A stretch of DNA of 64,000 nucleotides, from positions 160,001 to 224,000 of the IMG/VR virus record IMGVR_UViG_3300023283_000076; one strand, 5' to 3'. A model generated the notes under the pieces. The model was not told the DNA's origin and made no database searches. It saw nothing but the letters and a program-made list of their open reading frames with translations. This document shows positions 11,134 through 20,376 of the stretch, piece after piece. The first letter of the stretch is position 1. Each line of letters begins with the position of its first letter. A program made the position numbers and the translations under genes. Origin of the DNA: a virus. Taxonomy: Duplodnaviria > Caudoviricetes.

Positions 11134-12537
11134 TCATCCGTCTACGTTTTTAGTAACCTTATCTAACCATCCATTAGATTTACTATGAGGCCACACAGTA
11201 TACGTGCTTGGGGCTATGCTTGACAAGAAGATAAACCTATAATCAATAAATCCATTGTCACCAGTTACATATTTTTTAAATTCTGGTCCTGATAAATCTT
11301 TTCTATGTATTTCATTACCATCTGCATCATGTGCACCAACAAAGCAAAAGTCTATGTCATCCAATACTTTACTATTATTAAATATCGAAGGAAATTCGTT
11401 CTTGTGTGTGCATATTCTTACATCATTAGAACGGGCAAATGAGTCTTTCCATTCTTGTTCATTATTATATGGATAATTAACTGGGGGTTCTTCTTGATCT
11501 AATGTAGGTTGCTGTACGCCTCTATGTTCAAAACTAATACCAGCATACTCCTCATATTGTCGTAATGTTCTTTCATTACCAAAGCCATATTTCCCAAAAT
11601 CAATTTGATTGGGGTCTTCGCCGTCCATTCCAAACAAAATTCTATTTCTTTTATGACACATATTATTTCTTTCTACCCAATCCTTTTCTACGTTGCCTTT
11701 CTTTTTATTTATAGTTGTGTGGTCATCCCATACTTTGGTTCTACCTTTTCTGGTATATTCGTGCCATATCAATAACTTATGTGGTGTAAACAAATCATAT
11801 CCATGCGTATATGCCCTAGTAGCTATTGAGATTTCTTCTCCATGAAAAAAATAATATGGATCATGTTGCACATCTTCTGCAAACGATCCATCAGCGAAGC
11901 AAAAATGGCCAGAGTAAAATCTAGCACGTTGAGGTTTATCACGCTCTTTCCAATTTTTCATTTCAGATGGTATAAAGAACACTGCACCTTCTGGTATAAA
12001 CCTATCAAAGTTTGTTTGCCATGGTATTTGTACTCTTCCATTAGGATCATTTTCAGGGTTATATGATGGAATGTACCCTGTTAAAATAGGTTTCGGTGTT
12101 TTTGTAGTTCTAACACTTTCTAACAGTTCTATTAATTCTTTATCCCAATTTTCTATAAATCTATGATGGGAATCTAGTTGTAGAGTATATTTTTCTTTGT
12201 TATATTGTTGTTGAATTAAATTTCTAGCCCAGCATGTCCCTTTAGTTTCTGTATAATGTAAATCTATAAGATTAACATATGCATTATCCTTCATCAATTC
12301 TATAATATTAAATTCTTTATCTTTTCCATCAATGTCGGTACATTCATATACTCGATATCCTTGTATATCATAGCCTTGATCTAAAAAATCGTCTATGGAT
12401 TGCTCATCACCATGTTGCCAATTTACTACTACATGTAAATTTTCCGGGTGTGCGCTGTTAGATATCAAACTTTTTAGCGTGGGTATAAGTTCTGGATCTC
12501 TGTAACTTGCTATTTGAACAAATATAGTGTTTTTCAT
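11134..12537 (-). CDS. GT60-like (Pfam GlcNAc / Gnt1-like) polypeptide or hydroxyproline alpha-GlcNAc transferase
   Basis: TIFVQIASYRDPEL, KGTCWAR, YTLQLDSHHRF..WD, FFHGEE, AYTHGYDLFTP, WHEYTR. Confidence 0.85.
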   Translation of the reverse strand: MKNTIFVQIASYRDPELIPTLKSLISNSAHPENLHVVVNWQHGDEQSIDDFLDQGYDIQGYRVYECTDIDGKDKEFNIIELMKDNAYVNLIDLHYTETKGTCWARNLIQQQYNKEKYTLQLDSHHRFIENWDKELIELLESVRTTKTPKPILTGYIPSYNPENDPNGRVQIPWQTNFDRFIPEGAVFFIPSEMKNWKERDKPQRARFYSGHFCFADGSFAEDVQHDPYYFFHGEEISIATRAYTHGYDLFTPHKLLIWHEYTRKGRTKVWDDHTTINKKKGNVEKDWVERNNMCHKRNRILFGMDGEDPNQIDFGKYGFGNERTLRQYEEYAGISFEHRGVQQPTLDQEEPPVNYPYNNEQEWKDSFARSNDVRICTHKNEFPSIFNNSKVLDDIDFCFVGAHDADGNEIHRKDLSGPEFKKYVTGDNGFIDYRFIFLSSIAPSTYTVWPHSKSNGWLDKVTKNVDG

Positions 12538-12564
12538 AATATTCGGGTTTCCATAATTTCGATT

Positions 12565-12572
12565 TATTTATA
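12565..12572 (-). promoter_or_regulatory. Late promoter TATAAATA driving the glycosyltransferase cluster
   Basis: tatttata on + strand, 28 nt upstream of the 12537 start. Confidence 0.75.
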
Positions 12573-12576
12573 TTAA

Positions 12577-12603
12577 AAAAGGGAGGTTGAATTCCTCCCT
12601 TTT
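12577..12603 (-). terminator. Intrinsic terminator
   Basis: aaaagggagg-ttgaatt-cctccctttt hairpin after the 12631 stop codon. Confidence 0.8.
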
Positions 12604-12630
12604 AGCGTAACAATAAATATTTTTTATTAA

Positions 12631-13095
12631 TTATTTATTATTTTTTGGTGGTCTACCCGGACCGCGTTTAGCGGTAGGTTTAGGTGCGCTTTCGGTCTTG
12701 GGTTTCGGGGGTTGTTGTGTGGATTGCTGCGGGGCACGAGCGCGTTTTTGCGGGGTCATTGGGTTCGCAGTCTGACGTAATCCTCTTCTAGTGGATGACG
12801 GAGATATGATCTGCCCAGATTTGGTCCGAACTTGAACCAATTGATGAAAATATTCTAAAGCATTCATACCATTTTTCAACGTTACCTGATCCATTATATC
12901 CCATAACGGAGCATTGTTGGCTCCTCTTTTTTTTAGGATATCACCCATTCTTTTAATATCTACATGATCTAAACTTTCTTCTTTTATGAAATATACATCT
13001 CCATTGGTATCTTCTTTAATAATAATAACATTATATCCAATCCCGTTTCCGTATATATCCATTGCTCTATAATGATTGTAAACTTGTTGTTCCAT
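12631..13095 (-). CDS. Hypothetical phage protein with basic, Pro-rich C-terminus
   Basis: Strong AAGGAG RBS; C-terminal KRGPGRPPK. Confidence 0.7.
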   Translation of the reverse strand: MEQQVYNHYRAMDIYGNGIGYNVIIIKEDTNGDVYFIKEESLDHVDIKRMGDILKKRGANNAPLWDIMDQVTLKNGMNALEYFHQLVQVRTKSGQIISPSSTRRGLRQTANPMTPQKRARAPQQSTQQPPKPKTESAPKPTAKRGPGRPPKNNK

Positions 13096-13224
13096 TTTAA
13101 AATATCTCCTTTATATTATTGTAATTTGGTTACTAATATTGTATAATTACATCATCTAGAACATATTTAGAAAGAAAAAAAATAAGTGATTTATAATACA
13201 ATACTTTAAAAATAAGGAGAATGT

Positions 13225-13686
13225 ATGAGAGAGAAAGTATACAGAGCAGGAATGATTCCATTCTTTATCGATGAAAATAATAATATAAAAATGAAATTTA
13301 TGGTACCATCTGATCAAACATATGGAACTGGATATCCACAGTTTGCTAAAGGAAGGATAGAAAAAAACGAAATACATGAAGAAGCTGCAATTAGAGAAGC
13401 CAAAGAAGAATTGGGCCTTCGTGAAGAAAATGTTAAATGGTTCAACTACTTAGGTATATTCCTTGGTAGAACATATATGTATATTTGTGAAGTTGAGAGT
13501 AAAGAAAACTTTGATGAACCTCATTATGAAACCGAGAGTACACATTGGATGTCATTAGAGGAGTTTGAAAAGCATGGTAGAGAGCTTCATAGGCCGGTGA
13601 TCAGAGAAGCTTATATGACTTTTAATATTATAAAAAGAGAGCAGGAAAATGGAGAACATGAAGAAGATCATGTCATTTATGAATGA
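13225..13686 (+). CDS. NUDIX hydrolase
   Basis: Nudix box KGRIEKNEIHEEAAIREAKEELG; AAGGAG RBS. Confidence 0.92.
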   Translation: MREKVYRAGMIPFFIDENNNIKMKFMVPSDQTYGTGYPQFAKGRIEKNEIHEEAAIREAKEELGLREENVKWFNYLGIFLGRTYMYICEVESKENFDEPHYETESTHWMSLEEFEKHGRELHRPVIREAYMTFNIIKREQENGEHEEDHVIYE

Positions 13687-14450
13687 TTATCTAATTGTCT
13701 GATTTCATTTAATTTTAATGATATCTCATAAAATAAATCTCCGGGATTTTTTATGAGATATTCATTAGATCTATTATTGTCAAAAAAACGTTCGCCATGT
13801 CTTTCTACAACTTCGACCCAATCAAAATCGGGTTCAAAATTATATAATTTAATTATATTAAATTCAGAATCTTTTATAATATTAAACATTGAAGTATCTA
13901 CCCCAAACACATATATATTTGGATATGTAGAATCTTTATATCGACCTATAAAAAAATATTTTTCTTTTGTCTGTGCATATTCTATTTTATGATGAATTCT
14001 AGTTCCTAAAAATTCTGACCATGTATACCATTCCCCCGTTCTTTGGTAATATACATCTGGACGTGCAGGTATATCAGCCGGTTTGTTTTCTGTTCTACAA
14101 TATTCATGCCATTGATTTACTGACGTAAAGTTTAATTTTCGGGCAAATGCTTTAGCATCCTCATATGATCTAAAGAAATTAGGTTTTTTCTTTGGCATTT
14201 CATTATATGTACCTAAAAAATATCCCCACCCTTTCCAATAATTTTTGTATGCTCTATCTGGCCGCTTGGGTAATTTTGCTGGAGTATTTAATGCATACCA
14301 TTGTGCATATTCTCTGACGGATCTTAAATTTTCTAAACGGACTTTCTGCACTGCTTCTTCAAATTCAAAATTTCGTCTGGGTCGTCCGGGGGGATTTTTC
14401 TTTTTTTCTTTCTTGTTCTTTTTCGATTTCCTTGCTTTTTTATTGGTCAT
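13677..14450 (-). CDS. Protein with two phage-integrase-repeat-like units (PF14882-like), putative DNA binding
   Basis: FEEAVQKVRLENLRSVREY...LPKRPDRAYKNYWKGWGYFLGT and YEDAKAFARKLNFTSVNQW...IPARPDVYY..EWYTWSEFLGT. Confidence 0.7.
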   Translation of the reverse strand: MTNKKARKSKKNKKEKKKNPPGRPRRNFEFEEAVQKVRLENLRSVREYAQWYALNTPAKLPKRPDRAYKNYWKGWGYFLGTYNEMPKKKPNFFRSYEDAKAFARKLNFTSVNQWHEYCRTENKPADIPARPDVYYQRTGEWYTWSEFLGTRIHHKIEYAQTKEKYFFIGRYKDSTYPNIYVFGVDTSMFNIIKDSEFNIIKLYNFEPDFDWVEVVERHGERFFDNNRSNEYLIKNPGDLFYEISLKLNEIRQLDNHS

Positions 14451-14455
14451 ATTTT

Positions 14456-14492
14456 TATAAATATTTTAATTAACGTAGGGTATATATTTATA
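14456..14492. promoter_or_regulatory. Two face-to-face late promoters (TATAAATA on + at 14456-14463, on - at 14485-14492)
   Basis: Exact motifs between the divergent genes starting at 14450 (-) and 14492 (+). Confidence 0.65.
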
Positions 14493-14962
14493 TGCAAAAA
14501 ACCGTTGGTGTTTTATTAAATGGGGCACATGTTATTGATGCATGGAGATTAATTCCACGTGGGATAGTCGGCATGTATGGTTTCTTGATATATAAACTTT
14601 TCGTATGGTATACAGGAATTCCTACACATGAAGAAAAATCGTGTGATGATGCTTTGATTAAAACACTACTGGAAAATAACGTAGATATTACTATAGCCAC
14701 CGAGATGGCCTGTACTATTGTAGATACAGTAGGGGGGCCAACACCTGCACAAACTTCTTTTGTAACGGTTATTGTTGGATTATCGTCCGCAATGTTTGCT
14801 TTTTATGTAAATAGCGGCGGCAGTTGGAGGACTGACACAAACTTTAATACAAGCATTTCAGGAAATAAAGGAAAAATTCCTTGGAGAAAACCAAATGATG
14901 GCGAACGCGAGAGAAGAGATGAACGAAACGAACGGGAAGAGCGAGAAGAGCGAAGGCCATAA
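14492..14962 (+). CDS. Small two-TM membrane protein, possibly holin-like
   Basis: DAWRLIPRGIVGMYGFLIYKLFVWY and QTSFVTVIVGLSSAMFAFYV hydrophobic segments; highly charged C-terminus; late promoter. Confidence 0.5.
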   Translation: MQKTVGVLLNGAHVIDAWRLIPRGIVGMYGFLIYKLFVWYTGIPTHEEKSCDDALIKTLLENNVDITIATEMACTIVDTVGGPTPAQTSFVTVIVGLSSAMFAFYVNSGGSWRTDTNFNTSISGNKGKIPWRKPNDGERERRDERNEREEREERRP

Positions 14963-14963
14963 T

Positions 14964-15929
14964 TTAGTTTGGTGGCTTATTTTTTAGAAAGTCAGCCATT
15001 TCTGTTGCCCTAGACGTAATATTTCCCAAAGAGTTTTTCCCAGCAAATTTTATAAATCGTAAAAAATCTAACTCTTTTTCTTGTCCCATTTCTTTTATTA
15101 TACTCTTTTTTATGCGTTTCTTTATATGTTTGGGTTGTTTATCTAAACATAATAAAAGTTCGTTTTCTTTAAAAACATCACCAACAATATATTTTTTTTC
15201 TATATATTTTTTCTCAGAATTACAATATATTGTTTCCATGAATTCATGGTTCATCATATTACTTTTTTTTACATCATCATAATATGCTTCTACTATTTTA
15301 TTCTTTCTGACTCTAGGATAACTTGATCTGACATTATCTTTGTTATCCCCGCGTATACATTTTTCAAAAATCATAAGCCCTGCATCATTATTCCATTCTT
15401 CCAAGTTTCTATCCAACCCTGCTTTTAACGGATTTATGATTTTTACATTATCATACTTTAATAATTGAAGATAATCTTTGTCACTTGATACTAATATAAC
15501 TTCAGTGTCAGGTACTTTGCTATACATATCACAAATTACCCCTGCAAAATCATCTGCTTCTATTAATGGTTCTTGTAATATATATAACTTAGTTTTTTTA
15601 AGAACATTAACTAACTCATCTATTTTTTTATTCAAATATTTCTTAGCTTCTAATTCTTTGGTAGTCTTTTTTTCTTTTCTGTTTGCTTTATAAATTTTAT
15701 GTGTTATTGAATCAGATGATTCGGTATATTTTTCTCTCCATGTGATGCCAGAATCAAACGCTATAATAGTAACATCAGGTTTAATTTTATCATGCGTATA
15801 CTTAAATTCTAATATAGTCTTGGATATTGAAAAATCAATAGCACTTGTATCCGGTGCTCCGGTTTTCTTTTCTGTATGATAATTTTTATGTGCTATATTA
15901 TTTCCGTCAATGAATAGAATTTTTTCCAT
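14964..15929 (-). CDS. rnh: RNase H / 5'-3' flap exonuclease (T4 rnh-like)
   Basis: ILFIDGNN, IAFD, YKANR, EADD, VSSDKDYLQL, RGDNKDNV. Confidence 0.9.
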   Translation of the reverse strand: MEKILFIDGNNIAHKNYHTEKKTGAPDTSAIDFSISKTILEFKYTHDKIKPDVTIIAFDSGITWREKYTESSDSITHKIYKANRKEKKTTKELEAKKYLNKKIDELVNVLKKTKLYILQEPLIEADDFAGVICDMYSKVPDTEVILVSSDKDYLQLLKYDNVKIINPLKAGLDRNLEEWNNDAGLMIFEKCIRGDNKDNVRSSYPRVRKNKIVEAYYDDVKKSNMMNHEFMETIYCNSEKKYIEKKYIVGDVFKENELLLCLDKQPKHIKKRIKKSIIKEMGQEKELDFLRFIKFAGKNSLGNITSRATEMADFLKNKPPN

Positions 15930-15940
15930 TATTAATCCAG

Positions 15941-16357
15941 TTATTCAGTGTATTTTTTCGCTTCTTCTTCTGACATCTCAGTCCCAGTTTCTCTGACTAA
16001 TGACGCAAAATATATAGATACCATATCTTCTTCACTCGATGCATTTATTCCCTGTCTTTTTAATTCTTGAATAAAATGTTTGTTCCAATCCATCTTAACA
16101 CCAACTCTTCCATCATCTTCCATAAATACTTCAAAATCCGCCCATGGTTCATCACTTTCTTTTAATATCTCTTTTTCGGTTTTATAGTTCTTGTATCCTT
16201 CCATTTCTTCTTCTATGGAAGATATTCGCTTGTCATATCGTTTTCTCTGTTTTTTAAAAATTTTTAACATTTTGAATATTTGTTCATCATAATATTCTTT
16301 TTGCTCATTTAATTCATGTTTCAATGATTGTATTTTTTTTGTATTAAATATGTCCAT
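15941..16357 (-). CDS. Hypothetical protein
   Basis: Co-directional ORF with AGAGG RBS; coiled-coil N-terminus. Confidence 0.7.
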   Translation of the reverse strand: MDIFNTKKIQSLKHELNEQKEYYDEQIFKMLKIFKKQRKRYDKRISSIEEEMEGYKNYKTEKEILKESDEPWADFEVFMEDDGRVGVKMDWNKHFIQELKRQGINASSEEDMVSIYFASLVRETGTEMSEEEAKKYTE

Positions 16358-16381
16358 AATATTGTGTTACCTCTTAATATT

Positions 16382-17125
16382 TTATGTTTCTGGAAAAATA
16401 TACATGCTAAGCCCATTAATTTTTAATAGCATTATACCTTTTTCTGATATTTGTATTTTTATTTTTTCTTTTTCTTTGCCTGATTCATTTAATAACGGAA
16501 AGATTATTTTAAAGTTATATTTAACAGAGAATGATTCAGGTGCATTTGTGTCTATGATTTTGTATGAATCTGTTAGTTCTTGTGTTAATACATCTTGTTC
16601 TATATCTGTTATTTCGCAATTAACTGTTCCGCTTTCAGTAGTATAAAATTTTAACTCTTTAGCACCCATTGCTGATATTCCACTATTGAGTAATCTTAAA
16701 TCATCTGATTTTATATTAAAGGAATAAAAAATAGGTTTTTTGAATTTTTTAGGTAATCCCTTTTCCGTAAGTATTGAAGTATTAAAACTAACAGAAGTCC
16801 GCTCTCCTTTTAATCGTAATTTTGATACGATAGTAGTTTCATCATCTAAAGTTTTTATATCTGCATACAATTCATACGGTATCTTAGATTTCTCGAACAT
16901 ATTAAACCTAGGATATAATGATTGAACTCGGTTGATATAAAGAGTATCAAATTCTAAAAAATCAAAATTGCCGGGTTCTATTAAATAGACCGCCTTTTCA
17001 TCTTGTTTAGCCCGGATACCATGCTTATCAATCATTAGAGATTTAATATCTACCAAATTGCAATATTTAATTGCAAACGCTATTATATCTTTACTTTTTT
17101 CTGATAGTTTAACCATTTTATTCAA
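16382..17125 (-). CDS. Putative sliding clamp (gp45-like)
   Basis: About 250 aa, directly downstream of polB, alternating beta/alpha pattern; sequence similarity not verified. Confidence 0.55.
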   Translation of the reverse strand: MNKMVKLSEKSKDIIAFAIKYCNLVDIKSLMIDKHGIRAKQDEKAVYLIEPGNFDFLEFDTLYINRVQSLYPRFNMFEKSKIPYELYADIKTLDDETTIVSKLRLKGERTSVSFNTSILTEKGLPKKFKKPIFYSFNIKSDDLRLLNSGISAMGAKELKFYTTESGTVNCEITDIEQDVLTQELTDSYKIIDTNAPESFSVKYNFKIIFPLLNESGKEKEKIKIQISEKGIMLLKINGLSMYIFPET

Positions 17126-17163
17126 TGTTTCCGTTATCTTATTGATTGTGACATTATACAGGC

Positions 17164-18114
17164 TTACTCATCAAATTCCAATACTTCATCTGCCAACACA
17201 TTTTTTTCATTTGGAACTGGTTCCCCAATTGCATCTAATATGTTCTTTATGGGTTTGTCAACCAAGCTTAAAAGTTGTCTATCAACGTCTATGTATGGTT
17301 CTAAATTTTTCCACCATTCAGGTATTAATTGTAAATCTACAGGAAGTGCAATTGCATTAAATTTCCCAAACGTTTTTTTCTTATGAAAATATAATTTTTT
17401 TACCTTTTCACCTGAACGTATTTTAATAGATTGTCCATCATTATATTTTGTCAAACATATATTATAAAATATACTAGCCTTTGCCATATGTGGTATATTT
17501 GCTTCTTTGTCATTATTAAAAACATTGGTATATTTTTCTATTGAATTGACTCCAGAGGGAACACCTAATTCTAATACATCTCGTTGTTTTAAATCTCTTT
17601 TAAACTCTACAATATCTTTTTTTACTGTTTTCCATGATTCTCCTTTCAAAAATCGTTCAAAAAAATTAGTTAATGTTTTTCGTATATATTTTGGAAGGTT
17701 CGTCTTCTTTATCTGTAAGCCCATAACTTTCATCTCATCAACTGGATTGCCATCAAGGTTTATGAGATGCAACAAATAATGTTTTTTTGCTACAAATATT
17801 CCTCTATCTGAAATTACCTCTTGTTCGGCTATTATATAATTTTTTCTTTTTTCATCACAATGAAACGCCTTTTGCATAAATTTCGGAAAGCTATTGTTTA
17901 CCAATTTACATACTGCCCCTGCAACGGCACTTGAGTTTTCTTCATTGTCTGCCCCGGTGATGAAATAAATACTGTTATGTACTAAGACATCATTAGCCAC
18001 AAAAAATGGATATTTTTCATCTTTCATTACAACATCATATACATAATCTTCTTCATCTAATAATATTTTTTCTATTGTTTTTACTTTTGACCTTTCAATG
18101 ACTGTATCATCCAT
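17164..18114 (-). CDS. DNA polymerase B C-terminal fragment preceded by the C-half of a split intein
   Basis: ...VYDVVM...FFVANDVLVHN|SIYF; then KKHY, MGLQIKK; AGAGGA RBS. Confidence 0.92.
   Translation of the reverse strand: MDDTVIERSKVKTIEKILLDEEDYVYDVVMKDEKYPFFVANDVLVHNSIYFITGADNEENSSAVAGAVCKLVNNSFPKFMQKAFHCDEKRKNYIIAEQEVISDRGIFVAKKHYLLHLINLDGNPVDEMKVMGLQIKKTNLPKYIRKTLTNFFERFLKGESWKTVKKDIVEFKRDLKQRDVLELGVPSGVNSIEKYTNVFNNDKEANIPHMAKASIFYNICLTKYNDGQSIKIRSGEKVKKLYFHKKKTFGKFNAIALPVDLQLIPEWWKNLEPYIDVDRQLLSLVDKPIKNILDAIGEPVPNEKNVLADEVLEFDE
17974..18114 (-). mobile_element. Split intein, IntC half (47 aa)
   Basis: Block F (VYD) and block G (VHN) followed by Ser+1. Confidence 0.88.
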
Positions 18115-18180
18115 TTTATAGTTTCCTCTTATGGTTTTTTGTTTATCTTTTTTATAATCTAATTCCCAAACTGTTCGGTA

Positions 18181-20340
18181 TCACTCTTTAAAAGTTATGA
18201 AAATATCTTTTTCTGACAGTTCTGCTGCTTTTATAGTAATAAATTTACCGTTTCTTTCTACTACAAGAGAATGATCTTCTGTTACAGTTACTTCTTTTCC
18301 ATTATCTAATGTTATTTTATATAATGGTTTTTTAACTTTATGTCTATATACAGTAAGTACTTGTTTAGTTATCTTTTTCTTTTGTTCTGGGTTATAACAT
18401 GGCGAAAAGTATTCATCATTATTGAATTTAATAATTTGTTTGTTGTTCTTATCAGTAAACACTCCATGCTTGTCGGAAAGATAATCAAACCAATTTTCTA
18501 TTGTTTCATTTTTACCATTTATAGTTATTATAGAATCTTTTGTAACACTATCAGTATCACCATAAATTATTGATTCTGATGGAAATTTATATTCTCCATC
18601 TAATGATTTTGCAATTTGTTTAGCCATATGCAATAAAATTTCTCTACCCGTCTTGGTTGTAGATTCTGCTATTCTCACGTCAAAAAACCTAAAGTATTTG
18701 TTGCCAAAAACACCATACATGGAGTTTAACTGAATCTTTTTTAAATATTGAATATTATCATAGTATTCCTTCTGTTTTTCATATGCAGGATCTTTGGTTT
18801 CCCCATATTTTTTTGTCATTTCAGCTTTCAATTTTTGATATTTTATTCTATCCTCAAACCAACTAGTCAATATGGATGGAATGATACCTTCTTGTGATTG
18901 GTCAAATATTGTTCCATGTGCTGATATACTCCATTTATTATTATGGAGATATTCGTTCCATTCTGCAGCAGTCATAGTATCATCACGACCATTCTCGTAC
19001 AGTACAGTAAGCTCTACATCGTTTTTTTCCATTATGTACTCATACGCCTTATCATTTTCGAAAAATTGGCCTATGAGCGTCTCAGGCGATATGTTAATCG
19101 CTCTCATTGATGAAGGATATAGAGATTTAATATCCACTGAAGAAATCCATTCATGTAATCCAATTTGTGGTTCCAATACGAATGCTCCCTCGAATTTTTT
19201 TCCATGTTCATCTACAGAATATGGAGCATCTGGAAGTACGACTCTTTCTGGCAATTCATGCTTGCAAAAATTTAAAATAGCGGTATCTGATGTACTAACC
19301 GTAGTTAATACAGATGGGATTCTATTTGTGACCATATGCGAAAAATTGATAGCCAGATTCATATATTTAAATTTTAAATCTAACCCTTTTAGAATTTCAG
19401 TATCTCTAATATTATATTTTATAAATTGATCAAAGTCTTCTCGATATAAACGATATAAACTTTTTTCATAGTCCAATTTTTCCATACCCTCAAGTTCTTC
19501 CTCTGCTACTGCTTCTAGAGAATATGAGGACCGTTGGTTTGCGTCAAACTTCTTGACCATTTGCATAAAATCTATCCAAACCCTTCCGATTGGTTTAACA
19601 TTTATTTCTGTGGACCCATATTGTTCGACTTCTATAACACCTACATCCTGATCTATCTCAGGAAAATTCATAGCCCTTGTAGCATTTTTTCCAAATATTT
19701 TCATCAATCGGAAATAAATATATGGAGTATCAAAAAAATCGCTGTTCCAACCGCTGATAATATCAGTGTCTTCGATTTCTTCTATAAACTTAGTTAATAA
19801 TTCCTTTTCATTTTTAAAAATGTATATCTCTGCTTCATGTTCTAAATGTTCTAACTGTTCTACACTACAATTTTTCCAAGCACCCTCTTTTGGTGGTACT
19901 GCAAAAACTATAGATTTGTTTGTATGCTTATGATATAAAGCTATGGAATTTACCGGTGCGTATGGATTTGAACTACCTGCATGACCCTTTTTTGGATCAT
20001 AATCAACCTCGATATCATAAAACGTTATATTTAATTCGTCTATTGGGGCTTTATAGTAGTTGTCAGATAATATTTTTAATTCTGGAGATATATCCGATTC
20101 ATATAAGTTAACCCCACGTTCTCTAAGTCTTTTTCGTTCTTTAAAAAATTCAAACGGATCGTCAAATTCAATGTTTGTTAATTTTGCACCTTTAACAGAT
20201 TTGTACTTCTCTGTTGATTCATAATCTTCTATAAAAAAATTATACGGGGCATCGTATGTTACTAGTACCCTGCCCTGCGGGGTTCTTTCCCATACATATA
20301 CATTTTTTTTATCATTCGATGTCGCCGTAGAAATATACAT
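18181..20340 (-). CDS. DNA polymerase B N-terminal fragment (3'-5' exonuclease plus motifs A/B) ending in the N-half of a split intein
   Basis: FYDIEV, GWNSDFFD, YNIRD, DIKSLYPS, KIQLNSMYG, YGDTD|SVTKDS. Confidence 0.95.
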   Translation of the reverse strand: MYISTATSNDKKNVYVWERTPQGRVLVTYDAPYNFFIEDYESTEKYKSVKGAKLTNIEFDDPFEFFKERKRLRERGVNLYESDISPELKILSDNYYKAPIDELNITFYDIEVDYDPKKGHAGSSNPYAPVNSIALYHKHTNKSIVFAVPPKEGAWKNCSVEQLEHLEHEAEIYIFKNEKELLTKFIEEIEDTDIISGWNSDFFDTPYIYFRLMKIFGKNATRAMNFPEIDQDVGVIEVEQYGSTEINVKPIGRVWIDFMQMVKKFDANQRSSYSLEAVAEEELEGMEKLDYEKSLYRLYREDFDQFIKYNIRDTEILKGLDLKFKYMNLAINFSHMVTNRIPSVLTTVSTSDTAILNFCKHELPERVVLPDAPYSVDEHGKKFEGAFVLEPQIGLHEWISSVDIKSLYPSSMRAINISPETLIGQFFENDKAYEYIMEKNDVELTVLYENGRDDTMTAAEWNEYLHNNKWSISAHGTIFDQSQEGIIPSILTSWFEDRIKYQKLKAEMTKKYGETKDPAYEKQKEYYDNIQYLKKIQLNSMYGVFGNKYFRFFDVRIAESTTKTGREILLHMAKQIAKSLDGEYKFPSESIIYGDTDSVTKDSIITINGKNETIENWFDYLSDKHGVFTDKNNKQIIKFNNDEYFSPCYNPEQKKKITKQVLTVYRHKVKKPLYKITLDNGKEVTVTEDHSLVVERNGKFITIKAAELSEKDIFITFKE
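18184..18549 (-). mobile_element. Split intein, IntN half (122 aa, Ser1)
   Basis: Begins SVTKDSII right after YGDTD; block B VTEDHSL; no endonuclease domain. Confidence 0.88.
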
Positions 20341-20376
20341 TTCTATCCATACCTCGTGTTCGTATTAGAAAGATAG

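Noticed and set aside
18115-18180. Group I intron or endonuclease between the polymerase halves
   Set aside because: Only 66 nt, with no intron core elements.
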